Positions 23,101-34,895 of a stretch of DNA of 64,000 bases are shown here, piece after piece; the first letter of the stretch is position 1; each line of letters starts with the position of its first letter. The notes beneath the pieces were generated by a model that had not been told where the DNA came from, searched no databases, and saw only the letters and a list, made by a program, of their open reading frames with translations. The stretch is from Pocillopora damicornis (taxonomy: Eukaryota). The translations under genes and the position numbers were made by a program. The DNA is taken from contig NW_020846169.1 of NCBI RefSeq assembly GCF_003704095.1, positions 62,001 through 126,000 on the forward strand, written 5' to 3'.

Positions 23101-26060
23101 ATATGTTATTGTTTTGATCATACACAGCTGTTTTGACCAAACACATGGTTTGAATAAATCATTTTAGCACTTGATGCATGCACTTTGCCTCTGCATAATT
23201 ATGATGAGCTATCTCTTATTTTTTCATGTATATTATTAATACGTAATCATATGATTTTTCTCCTGCAATTTGGAATAAAAAAGCACTTGCAAATTTTTTC
23301 AAAGACCACAAATTGCACTCACCCTATGGGCTCATGCAATTTTGTTAGTCTATGAAAAAATTTACTTATGCATTTTTATTCCAAACTTCACTCAAGATCA
23401 TGTGATTACCTATACTAGTATCATGACACAAAATAATACATTTTTCATCAACTACCCATAACCAACACCAATTCATGTAAGGAAAACAGTGGTAAATCCT
23501 AACTATTTGGTATTAATCAGTGTGCCTACATTCAACTCTGTCCTTCAAATTTTTCTTTCTGTTGTCAAGAACAGAAACAAATGAAAATAACAAAAACGTA
23601 GCTCAGAAGACATAAGACATACTGAAGTTCAAATTTTTCCCTTGGTTTAAAAACTTTCATGACCATAATCTGAATAGTAGAAGCAAGTTTAGCAGACAAA
23701 ACAATCAAGTTACAGCCACATGTAGTTGAGTTTTTCTTTACTCTCAGCACATGAGCCTGCTTACAAATCTTTGTAAACTGTTAAGAGAATTTGGACTGTA
23801 CAAGGCAACATCATATAAAACCTAAATTAGGCCAAGCTAACAGAAATTTGCCAAAACTAAAACCAACCTTTCATTTTCTTGATTTCTGCAGCATGTACAT
23901 CTTTTTCTTTCAGAAGCTTTTTAACTGCATCACTCAGCTGATTCACCATCTTCAATAGACAAGCAGAAAGATTAAAGCATACTCAGTCTTACTCAAATTC
24001 AAGAACAAAACCCAAGTTGGTCATTGTTTTGTAATTTTTTGTTGGGTTTAATTTTAACTATGGAGGAGTTTACAAATAATAAGAGTGCATTTTTGTGAGC
24101 AAATGGCTTGAAAATGTTCACATTGTAGAATGATGTTCGTTCAAGCAAAAACCAAACAGCAGCACCAAAAACTAATGTGAGACTTTGCTAAATTCTTCAA
24201 CATTTGTTGCGATCACTAAGACAACCATCCAAGAAAAACTTGTGCTTGGCATTTGAGCCCAATTTTTGCCCCAGGGGAAGGAATTTGAAGAAACCAATCT
24301 TCCAAAGTTCAAATAACCTGGGGGCAGGGCATTTGCCTGGAGGGGAGTATGTTGAAGCTTCGAATTGATCAACACATTAAGCTTAAACTAATCTACTCAG
24401 AAGGGGCAGCAATATTAACCTTTTGCTTATAGCCACAAAAACTGTGTTTAGACCAGCAAGCTATCAAAAGTTAATTTTGTATGAAGTGTTTATCTTAACC
24501 TTTCCAATGTAACTACTGGTAAATTGCAACTAATCAATAAAATAAACATCACAAAGAAAAAAAAAAAGATTGATTCTTCAAAAGTGATATTTGCAGTCTT
24601 GTCCAGTAATAATAGTCCAATTTACAGTTGTGTGCTTGATTGCCAAGCCTTTGAACAGGAGTAAGGCTAAGGTTGACCTTGTTATGATACAAACCTTGCT
24701 GCTTTTTAAATGCAAATTACTTTGTTATCATGTTAACTAGATACTATCACAACAAGGTCACCTTTAGTCTCACTCCATATCAAAGGCTTGGCAACTAAGT
24801 ACACAACTATAAAATGGCCTATTGCTGTTTATCTATTTCAAACATCTAAAAGAGCTGCAAGTACACTATGCTTATAAAATATACCTCAGTTTGTTCCTCA
24901 ACCCTTTCAAACAATGCATTCACCAAAGCAGGTGATGCCTGACTGGATGGAACACTGGTTGCCATGCCAACTGTTTTCACAGGACTGTATAAGCTGCTTG
25001 GTAAGTCCCATGCCACAGAGGATTGAAATGGACTTCTGGTGGCCTGAGAGTGAAGATTGCCTGTTGACGTGTTAGGATGGCATTATCTACTGACTCAGTT
25101 CTATCCTGATCTACCAGTAATTTGATTTGAGTTTGCACAGTGATATTGTTGGCAAGGGTTTTAGTTACCAGAAATTGATTGTTTAAGTTAGTCTTATGTA
25201 TGTGTCCATGCTATAACATTTTAAGATGTGAGGCCTCTCCCCACTTTCTTTGGACACAGGCTGTGTATAAGTGTATAAACAAATAAAAAAATAAAAAACA
25301 AGACGAGAATCTCAACATTTTTTTAATAAATCTTTCATATTCTACGCTACCCAAATAGAATACTGTGTAACTATATTTGACTGCCAATTATTATCTGCTT
25401 CTTTTAGTTGTGAATAAACAAGTTCATCCGCTAATATTGAGTGTTATCAAGATTCAAAATGGAATTCTCCAAACTCATTTGCAATAAAACGTATAGCAGT
25501 TAGTTGGAAGATTAACTAATTGGATCTTAGGATCTTAGAGGGGTTAACTGTCAAGGGTGATTCTTGAAACTTACCATGAAAAACATTTATGGAAAGATTA
25601 AAAAATGATTTACCTCAACTAACGCAAAATATTGAAATTTGTCGGAGTCTCGCAGATGTTTTCATCACTCGTCGTGACATATGGCAATATGTTACTTATG
25701 TTGTAAAAATCATTAATATTAATGAAACGAAACAGCCAATGAAAACACTATATTCTCACCGCCAAAATGGTTTCCACTTGACCTGTCGGGGAATGCTTTT
25801 GGTTTGCCTCTACCAGAACCTAAGCGATCCTGAGATATAAACAGACATGCTTTAAAAAAAATTTGGAAGAACGTTAAATTCCGTCCGAATTCAACCGGAG
25901 AAGAAGGGTTTTTGTGCTACGTTGAAGCTTTGAGAAGCGTTACGAGCGACTGAAGGAATGTGTGACAATCTTTCTAAACACGAAACCTACTTACCCTAAC
26001 TCTTGCTAAATTCGTCTCAGTTTCACGTACAATGGAAGAAAACTTGCTTTCCCAATCCAT
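17189..26060 (-). CDS. Uncharacterised coiled-coil protein (~410 aa, 12 exons), weakly CCDC159-like
   Basis: Phase-consistent GT-AG exons at ~25995-26060, 25760-25829, 24885-25060, 23868-23949, 22534-22607, 22150-22265, 20095-20162, 19473-19549, 19100-19201, 18811-18893, 17703-17948 and 17189-17265. Translation: MDWESKFSSIVRETETNLARVRDRL…LFERVEEQTEMVNQLSDAVKKLLKEKD…KRIIEEETESLQRNIEHLKTRL…, with a Ser/Asp-rich tail. The gene model is solid; the family assignment and the last donor site are tentative. Confidence 0.8.
21034..22036 (-). pseudogene. Decayed, 5'-truncated piggyBac (PGBD4-like) transposase in an intron
   Basis: Fragments in different frames: D.GMVKYKGRLGFKQYMPMKPVKW, FCDNFFTSV, YLCGTTRANR, WKDKKAV, YNQYMGGVDHSNQ, KWWRYL and a C-terminal Cys-rich GRCKRC…CDSC…CLDCFKNH. 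Several stops and frameshifts are present. Confidence 0.9.
23232..23421. mobile_element. ~190-bp palindromic (foldback) MITE
   Basis: Inverted arms gtaatcatatgat…tttggaataaaaa…aaattttttc…aaattgca / tgcaattt…gaaaaaattt…tttttattccaaa…atcatgtgattac. Confidence 0.7.
24611..24822. mobile_element. MITE with ~75-bp imperfect TIRs
   Basis: aatagtccaatttacagttgtgtgctt…tgccaagcctttga…tgaccttgtt versus aacaaggtca…tcaaaggcttggca…aagtacacaactataaaatggcctatt. Confidence 0.8.
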
Positions 26061-26250
26061 CCTAAGGAATTCAACTGTACCGACGCGCAATAAAAAAGAT
26101 ATCAAGACTTGTGATGCTCATTTCATGAAATTTCGTTTCTTCGCTTTCCGTTTACTACACGACCGTTACACTGGTCAATTATAAGCCGCTGACCAAAGCT
26201 TTGCTTGCTGCCCCCAGAAAGAAGGTTGACTGTCGGGAAGGGAACGGTGT

Positions 26251-26278
26251 AGGAGGTGCCAGGAGGTGCCAGGAGGTG
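26251..26278. repeat. 10-bp tandem repeat (aggaggtgcc x2.8) in the divergent promoter
   Basis: Directly visible in the sequence. Confidence 0.9.
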
Positions 26279-26654
26279 AATAAATTTTCTTTTTTTATAT
26301 GGAGAGCATACGCTGAGTTATACCGTTTGTCCGGTTCTATCGAAAGTTTCATAACTGTATTCGGTCAATCATGAATTATCTTGAACACTGATGTTTGCAA
26401 GCGGATAGATTCTACGTGTAAATAGACTAGGCATTTATTTTGGGTTGAAGAACGAGAATCATATCGTCCACGACTATAATAAGGCAGTAAAAGTGGTTTC
26501 CAATACACCGGTAATGATTGCTTGATATTGTTATATCGGAACAGAGATATCTTCCAAGAGATTTCCAAGGTAAATAAACATTGGTTTACATTTCCGGTAG
26601 GCGCAAATGGTAAACGACTCAAGCCACGTCACTGCACTATTGCAACCTTAAAAA

Positions 26655-26710
26655 GGGCGGGAAGTTTTAACCAATCCATTTTACAGATTTGAAAGAACCA
26701 GCCAATCAGA
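26655..26710 (+). promoter_or_regulatory. UGCG proximal promoter: GC box and two CCAAT boxes
   Basis: gggcggg at 26655-26661; ccaat at 26671 and 26702 (31 bp apart); CpG-rich context. The divergent ATGs are 705 bp apart. Confidence 0.6.
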
Positions 26711-26765
26711 GGCTAGCAAGCTTTCTCAGCCCGAGCGCAGGCGGAAAGTATGGTTAATTTTCAAG

Positions 26766-29700
26766 ATGGCTTCCACGTTTGGGGACCTAGAGGAGATTTA
26801 CGCGCCAAGCGCTGCAGATCTCTTAGCCTTCTCTTTTTTATTATTATGGATAGTACTAGCATTATTTCAGTTAATATCTATAGCAACAGCGTGAGTATCA
26901 TTTGCTTCAGTGTTTGCAAAGCCACGCAATTTGATATTCCGCTCAACTTCGCGTACTGTTTGGTACATTTACTAATTTGTCAATGTGCTATGTTTTAGTA
27001 AGATTCACCTTCATAAATCTACTCCCGCTGTCAATAATAAAGAACTTCCGGGGGTTTCAATCTTGAAGGTAAGGTATCCTTTAAACATTATAGCTTTATA
27101 TTAAATAATGCGTTGGTCAGCTATTGATCCGCCAATACTTATGCTAAATGAGCTTACTTTTGAGACTCAAGAGCTGTTTTGCTCTGTTGGCGACCCAAGA
27201 AATAATTCGCTCATGAGTTAATTTTTCTCTTGTAGCCTTTGGTCGGAGATGAGCCTAATCTGATAAAAAATCTTCAAGGCTTTTTCGAACTAAATTACCC
27301 TAAGGTGAGATTTGTGTTATTTTGGGCGCTATGTTTTTTTTTCGCTCTCAATGCTGTATCGCTATATCCTATTGTTACCCTTTTTAAGCCTTATTTGTTT
27401 TTCTTTATTGTAACATGTGGGTTGTTGGTTGAGACTCTAGTCAAACTGAAATATGTGCCCCTAAGTTAAGTTCAGTGAAGTTTACTGAACACACAGACTA
27501 ATCTTATTCATTCCAGTATGAGATCCTTGTTTGTGTGCAAGATGAACTGGATCCCGCAGTCAAAATTGTACGTCAACTTATGGAAGCATATCCTCTGGTG
27601 AATTCGAGATTATTTACGGGTAGGTTACGCACGAAAATATCTCTGTTTTGAAAACGGGGACAATCGATACTTTTAACGTTGAAAAATATTTTAAATTCAT
27701 TTTTAAGGAGGGCCCCTGGTTTTATTTGCATAAAAATGATCAGAGAACTCAACCGTGAAGCCCTTAAGGTAGAACGAATTGCTTTCAACGTCACCAATTT
27801 ATAAATCGGATAAACCCAGGACAACAATGTAGCAGTCTTAAAGTTCTCAGTCCGAAATTTCCAACAGGATACATTATTTTTCTAAATTTTAGCAGGTGAA
27901 GTTTGCTCAAAAACCACAGTGTTGTCTATCATAATCGCTACACTGAGACATGCCGTTAATTACTTTGTTTTTCGAAAGAGACAATAGCTGTATGTTGATC
28001 TCTTGGGAATAATTTTGTTGTAAATTTTTTAAAATTATACCCTGGTTTTCTGTTAAAGAATTTTTCACTTTATCTCCCCTGTGTCTCATTAAATATTTAC
28101 ATCAACTACTGAAAAAATATTGTTCTACCTGCAGCGAGTTATATATAATTATTTAGCTGTGTGCTGTTCTTTGTCACCGAAAAAATATAGTGCTCCCATA
28201 CCTTCAAATAATAAAAAAATTTTTTTCATGGTCTAAGTATTACTATAAAATATGGCAAGAGTGGTTGCATCTGTAAGAAACAACTTTAAATTTCTTGCAT
28301 TGAACTGTTTATACAAAATACAATAAACTTGTGTAAATCATGCCCCAAATTAAGAAGACTTCTTAAACAGACATCAGCCTAAGTACCTATCAAATGTACC
28401 TGTGTCTAGCTTACACTTCTAGTGGGTACTGACAACAAAATTTAGCCCCTTTGACACTTTAAATCCATGTGAAGTAGATAGGCCTGATGAAAGAGTTTTT
28501 TTTTATTTCCTTAGATAAAGATAACATTTTTTACTTGATAAAATATTAATATTAGCATATAGGTACTATTTTATCAACCTTAAACCACTTGTCCTTGAAA
28601 AGTGCTGATTGCTCACTCTGTTCTATTTGAACTTAATAGTTAACTACTCTTCCACAATTAACCTTTATTAAGAAGAAACTGATAAAAGTCAAGGAGGAGT
28701 CTGTTTTATACAGATATCACTTTGAATGGCACTTGCTTAGAGCTCTTTCCTAATAGTACCAGTTGTCCCAATTTTCATAAAGAATTTTCTTTCTTTCTTT
28801 ATTTTCAAAAGAGAAAAAATAAGTATTATTATATTATTATCATGTATTATTGTGAATATTAATCTTTATTGATATGAATCTAGATATCAATGACTGAGAG
28901 GCATGGAGTGGGTACAGGCAGGGTGCATATTAGTATTTTCCCTTTTCTTTAAGATTGAGGAATTTGTTTAGCACATAAGTCTTAAGACTTGGGTAGAGCC
29001 AATGGCTATTCACCACGCTAATGTGTTTTAATCACAAAATTACTCTAGTAAGTAGCTTAGGTATCTGTGCATGTGTTAATAGTACTCTAGCAAGCAAACG
29101 ACCAACAATTTTATTTCTAACTTAAAGAAAGGTTTAGTTTCCCTCCCACCTACACCATAGACAGTTGTATCTTAATCTCATTCATGTTTGTAATTTATTC
29201 CTGATAACTGAACCATTGGTTTAGTGTAATCATCAAATATCTTTTATGTAATAGTGTTGTGTGTTATTTATGTAAGATATATACATTTAATAAGCTGTCT
29301 GGTCCCAAAACAAGCTTCTGTCTGTTGTGGTGTTTAGTTACAATCTAAAGATATAAAAAGAGGACAAAAGTGAAGAGGCTGATTTTAGAGCCAATCTTGA
29401 TGATTTAAATCTTTTCCTTAGGGTTATCCCAGAGAATTGTACTTTACATTTCCAGTGATGTAAGGTTTCTATAAGTTACAAAGTCAACAAATGTGGCTGA
29501 AAAGTGGACAGTGTTGGAAATAAAGTTTCACTATCAATTTACATCTTGACTTTTCTCTGTAGCTGCAAAGACAATTGGTGTGAATCCAAAAATTAACAAC
29601 ATGAACCAAGGTTACAAGGCAGCAAAATATGACCTGCTATGGATCTGTGACAGTAATATTAAAGGTAACACAGTATTTTTTGTCAGTAGTATTTAAAGTA

Positions 29701-32700
29701 ACACTGATGAGCAATTACACCTATAATCTCTATAACCCAGTAGGTTTTTTTGTCATCTTATTCAGGAAAAGCCTTATTTGAACTAAATACTGAAGATAAT
29801 GCTAAATAATGATTTCTTGGCTTTAGGAAGCAACATCTCCCAGAAGTAGATTTTTTTTCCTTTAATCTTTATCACCTGACTCCACTGGAAATTCCAGTTT
29901 TCCTTGAGTCTTTTCTGTAATAATTTTAGGGATGGCACCCTGGTTCACCTTTTCCCTTTGAAGTTCAGAAGGGTCATCTGTCAGTATTCAGTATGAGTAT
30001 TTTAAGGAAAAGCACTTTCCTTCTCTGTTGAAACAATAATGTGTCTTTTTCCAAATTAACCCTGTGTTTATACTAGTGTTGTGTATTGCAAATCAATTGT
30101 AAGGTAATTCATTTTTGCTGTTTAGAAATCGTTATTCAATTTTTTACTTGTTTTTCTGTTGAGAAATACTAAATTATAATTCTTATATTTTTGTTGTGGT
30201 ACTGCTGTCTTTAGTTCATCAAGGCACTCTTCAAGAGTTAGTTTCTCATATGGGACCAGGAGTAGGAATGGTTCATCAGGTAATAAAGATTACATGAGGT
30301 ACACTAAGCAACAAAATCATAAAATAATAATGAATATTACCACAGCGAGACTTGTAGTCTCATGGGTTAAGGTGGCTTTTAACTGTTTGCAGTTCTTCTC
30401 TGATCAAAGGAATATTAAGTACCTCCAGTTTTTTTAGTATTTGGTCAGGAGATGAAATTTTGGTCTCAAAGAGATTCCTAATCAGGAGCAAAAATGATTT
30501 AACATTTATTCTTTTTAACTATGGCAAAGGTATAGCCTGTCACACACTATTTAGCAAACATTTAATGTTTTGAAAATTGAGATACAGTATTTCATATGTC
30601 AACTTGGATCTCAATACCAATAATGTGCAACCTGCCAAACTCGTGTTTTGCCCATGATCAGGTTAATCTGAAAATGCAATTTCCAGGTATCAAAATTAAA
30701 AGCTAAGGGCAGCAGATTTCTGGTCAAGAATATTCTTCTCTTCTGTTGTTATCTATTTCTTTCTTTGGTAAAAATTAGAGCTGCCATTGATTCACTTTTT
30801 TCCATCTTTAAATTCTCAGACTGCACCCTTTCCCCTTAAGATATCACCATACTTTCTTGAAAGCTGTTCTATATCCCAGCCATTCTTTGTGTACTTTAAC
30901 AATATTGTGCCATGATTTTAGTCACATGTTTTTCTGTTCAATAGTTACCCTTTGTTGCCAACTGTATGGATTTTGCTGCATGTGTTGATAAGGTAGGATA
31001 TGGTTTGTCTGGTGTAGGAAGAGTACAATTACACTTGACACTGTATCTGGTCATCTCTCAAACACAAAGGCACGATATAGACAGATTGGCTTCGCCCCTT
31101 GGTTTTCAGCTCAAGCGCAAATTATGCCATGGTAATATTATGTGATGGCAAAGCAAATCATTTCCAATTCCAAATTTACCACAACTATTGAAGATGGTTT
31201 CAATTGGAAGAAGGAGATACAGACCTCAACAAATTATTTTTGTGATGAGAGAATATCATTGAAACTTATCAGTGTTTTTGCTTTTCACTTACTTTGGATC
31301 CGCTGCAGCTCAAGCTCTTTTGAATATAGTGGTCTGTATGCTGCAACCATTGATTGACAAATGGGTAATTGTGAAGAAGAGCTCCCCAAAAAACCTGTCG
31401 GCNNNNNNNNNNNNNNNNNNNNNNNNNNNNNNNNNNNNNNNNNNNNNNNNNNNNNNNNNNNNNNNNNNNNNNNNNNNNNNNNNNNNNNNNNNNNNNNNNN
31501 NNTGTCGGCCGACAGGTTTTTTGGGGAGCTCTTCTTCACAATTACAATGATCCAGAGGTACCCAAGGCACCTCTCCTTTTATAGCGCACCTTCTTGTTTG
31601 AGAGTCTTTCCATTCCTTGCTGTGTGAACTTATACCACAGTACACTCCCTAGAGTGTCTAGTATATTTTTGTAAACTTGCTTCTTTTTTACATTGTTGCT
31701 TAGTTGTAATGAGTGATTAAAATCTTATCCACAGGTTTACTTTGGAACACAACATGCATTTGTGTACTTGCTAGCTTATTGCTTTGGTCTACTATGTGCA
31801 AATGGCATGTCAAGTCTATACAGCAAGCCACTTCTGGATGAACTAGGTAAATTACACGAACTTGAGATTATATCTTTCAGTGATTATGAATTATTTGCAA
31901 ACACTAGATCCCTGATTGCTTATCTTTTGAATCATCGAAGGAGATTTTACAGGGAGAATGTTCCTATGAGAGATCTTCAATACCATTTGTTGGTTTTGAG
32001 TTTTAGCCTTATTTGACATTGTGCAGGTGGCCTTGAAGTGTTTTCTTGCTACATAGCAGAGGATTACTTTATGTCGAAGGCAATATATAAAAGGTCAGTA
32101 TTCATAAGCTGTAGATGACCTCAGTACAGAACCAAGATAATGACATGGTGTTTGTATATAGTTTGTTTTATTTAGATAACACATCGGCATTAATTGATTT
32201 TGCTGCATCTCCCTATTTGACTATGATAAGGACAAGATAAAAAGGTAGCAGAAGTAGCAAAATCACATGAAAAGCTATTTCCTCTTTAAGTTGTGAAGAA
32301 TAGGAACTTTTAGGAGGAGACTGAATTACTGGCATATAAAGAATTTATATAGAGGAAGCTAAATGACCTAGTCATTTAAAATGCTTTTGGCAGCAAATAA
32401 TCTTTTCTCAAAGGGCATTTTCCTGAAGCAGCAAGAATTTTCATACATTCAGTATCTTGGTTTTCATGGAGAGCTTTCAAGCTGTAAGGTTCTCAAAAGA
32501 ATTAAAGAATTAGAATCAGTGCATCTAGTCATTGAAGTTCTCCCACTAGTAAGAGCAATTTTCAATTGAATGGCAAAAGTTATCCAGTGTTGTGTTGTTT
32601 TTGCTTGACTTCACTCGGTGATTGGTCAAGAAAACTGACACCTCTCTCTGAATCAATTGGATGCAAAACTAAGACCAATCATGACTTGGTTGCCCTGCTG

Positions 32701-34895
32701 CACTTTTGGCTTTTACATGTTTTTACTTTGAGTTCTGATAGACTCTTAAATGTATTTACCTTTCTGGTTGGCTGTTGCAATAACTTTGGTTTTCATTTTA
32801 CAATTACAATCAATCAAAGAGGGCTCTGACAATAATCAGTTAATCTCCAAATGCTGGGTTTGAGAGAGACTATCAACAAGCTTATTGAATAAACTTTTGC
32901 GACAAGACCCCCTGTTTGTATTATAGTGTTGTTTACAAAAAGCATTTTCATACAAATTTTATTGCAGCAGACTAAGAACCAACTCCTTCAAGATCAAGCT
33001 TGAGTTTGTTGTGAATTAAATGTGAAGCTTTCTAGTTTTTCAGTTATTACAACATTATTCCCTGCAGAGGTATGAAAGTTGTTCTGAGCTCTGACCCAGC
33101 TATACAGAATCCAAGTACATACTCTCTTGTCAGATTTCAGCAACGAATGATCAGGTTTGCTACATAATCATTAATCTTTTTGTAGGTGTAATAATTCAGA
33201 GTGACTTTAAGGTGAAAGTTTGTGACCTCAACCAGTTTCATCTGTAGGAAGATTATCTTAATTTAAAATAAACAAAAAAATATTTTTAAACAATTATTTC
33301 AAACAACTAAGTTTGATACATAGCACCAAATTAGTTCTGAGTTAGAATTGCTGACTGTATCCGTTTTTCTCTTCTAAAGGAGGCTGAATTTATAACCACT
33401 GTATAACAATTACAAAAAATGTATAAATTGTGTATTATTATAGGTAATACTAACTTATAACAGCTGTAAGGATCAATAAGTGACACACTTCACATCATTT
33501 TTATTTACTACAAATTTGGAAAGTTTTTGGGAAAGTTTATTCCCAGGAATTGTTTATTTACTCTTAGCTTGGTGTGGCTTATGTGTTAAGGTTCAGACTT
33601 TCTTGGTTCTAAATTTTTTAATCTAGTTTTACTTTTATTTTATGAATAAAAAACAACCTGGTATGAAAAATATTTAACTAGTTTTAAATGTGAACCACAA
33701 TGTTTCCATGAGAAGTACATTCTCTAGTTATTGATATCAAGTTAATTTGATATACTGCAGATGGACCAGGCTGCGTCTGACAATGGAACCTTTCCCTGCA
33801 GTGTTTGAACCTTTTACAGAGAGTCCCATTATTGGTTTGATGTCATGTTGGGCTGTGTGGCATTTGTGGGAAATCAGCTTCATACTATTTTTTGTTGAAC
33901 ATCTTGCTGTCTCATTTTTGTTGGACTACATCTTACTTAGATATATTCAAGGGGTGAGTTTCTACCTTCTGAGTAAAACCTGCTTTTACTCATTAATTAA
34001 CATTGGCCTCTGGATATTTCATAGGCAGCCGTTACATAGTGATATTTACCTGTGCCGTCATTTTCATTTAAGCATGTTCACATGAAGAAAACCTGTTTTA
34101 AATAAGGTGCAAGTATAACACGTTTGGTTGCTAAGTATTTGCCACTGTTGTGCTGAAGTTTGAAAGAGCACTCGTGAAGTTCATGATATGTGCTGCTGGA
34201 GACAATAAGGTAGCAATTTCTTGTTTTGAAAAGGAACTGTAAGCTGAAGTTACCACTCTGAAAAGATTGAAATACAAAGAAGTAGAACACTAAAAAGTGG
34301 CAGCTGATGCTTAAGTGTACTAAACTAGCCAAATTTTTAGTGATTCAATTTAATTATTTTGTTGGTTTTAAACAGTAGGGGCAATGAGATAATTTCTAAC
34401 TTAGGCCAACATTAGAAAAGTAGAACCTTTCATAACCAGGTCTAGATCATTTTCTTCTTTAATATCTGCTCTCAGTGCTGGGTTAGGGAAAATTTCACAA
34501 ACAATATGTAACCTTTGAATGTTTGTTTGCAAACCATGTCATTTCAGCTCCCAGTTAAAATGTGTCCCAACATAGATGAAACAGTACTATTTGTGACTTT
34601 TGTTGGATGATTTATCATTAAGAACCCTTCCAAGCCAAATTCAAAGTAATAATTGAGAATTAACCAACTTGTCCTATTCTTTTGTTTTTCACTTTAGCCA
34701 AACAATTCCTTGCCACCAATATGGAAGCTGTTTCTGGCTTGGCTTTTTAGAGAGTATTCCTTTCTCATATTTTTTCTTCAAGCAGCTTGTGGCCGTGAAA
34801 TTGAATGGCGGACTTCACATTTTGTGCTGAAGCTGGGTGGTAAGGCTGAGAGACTCCAAGAAAAATGTCAAAATATCAATAATCACTGCTGTTGA
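26766..34895 (+). CDS. UGCG: Ceramide glucosyltransferase (GT21), 12 coding exons
   Basis: Exons start at ~26766, 26999, 27236, 27518, 29562, 30214, 30945, 31735, 32027, 33068, 33761 and 34698. Motifs: N-terminal TM helix, LPGVSILKPL, FFELNYPKYEILVCVQD, GVNPKINN, AKYDLLWICDS, VYFGTQH, GMS, YIAEDYFM, RMIRWTRLR, AWLFRE, IEWRT. Confidence 0.96.
31365..31545. mobile_element. Inverted-repeat element spanning the assembly gap (N x100, 31403-31502)
   Basis: Perfect 38-bp inverted repeat gtaattgtgaagaagagctccccaaaaaacctgtcggc at 31365-31402 and 31508-31545. Confidence 0.75.

Noticed and set aside
24958-24971. X-box-like GTTGCCATGCCAAC
   Set aside because: It lies inside a coding exon, has a mismatch, and can be explained by codon content.
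26251-26278. CRISPR-like or prokaryotic features (also the repeats at 37010 and 49486)
   Set aside because: These are short tandem duplications without unique spacers. The window is eukaryotic, with no cas genes or operons.
31272-31645. ORFs crossing the N-run
   Set aside because: Artefacts of translating through the assembly gap.
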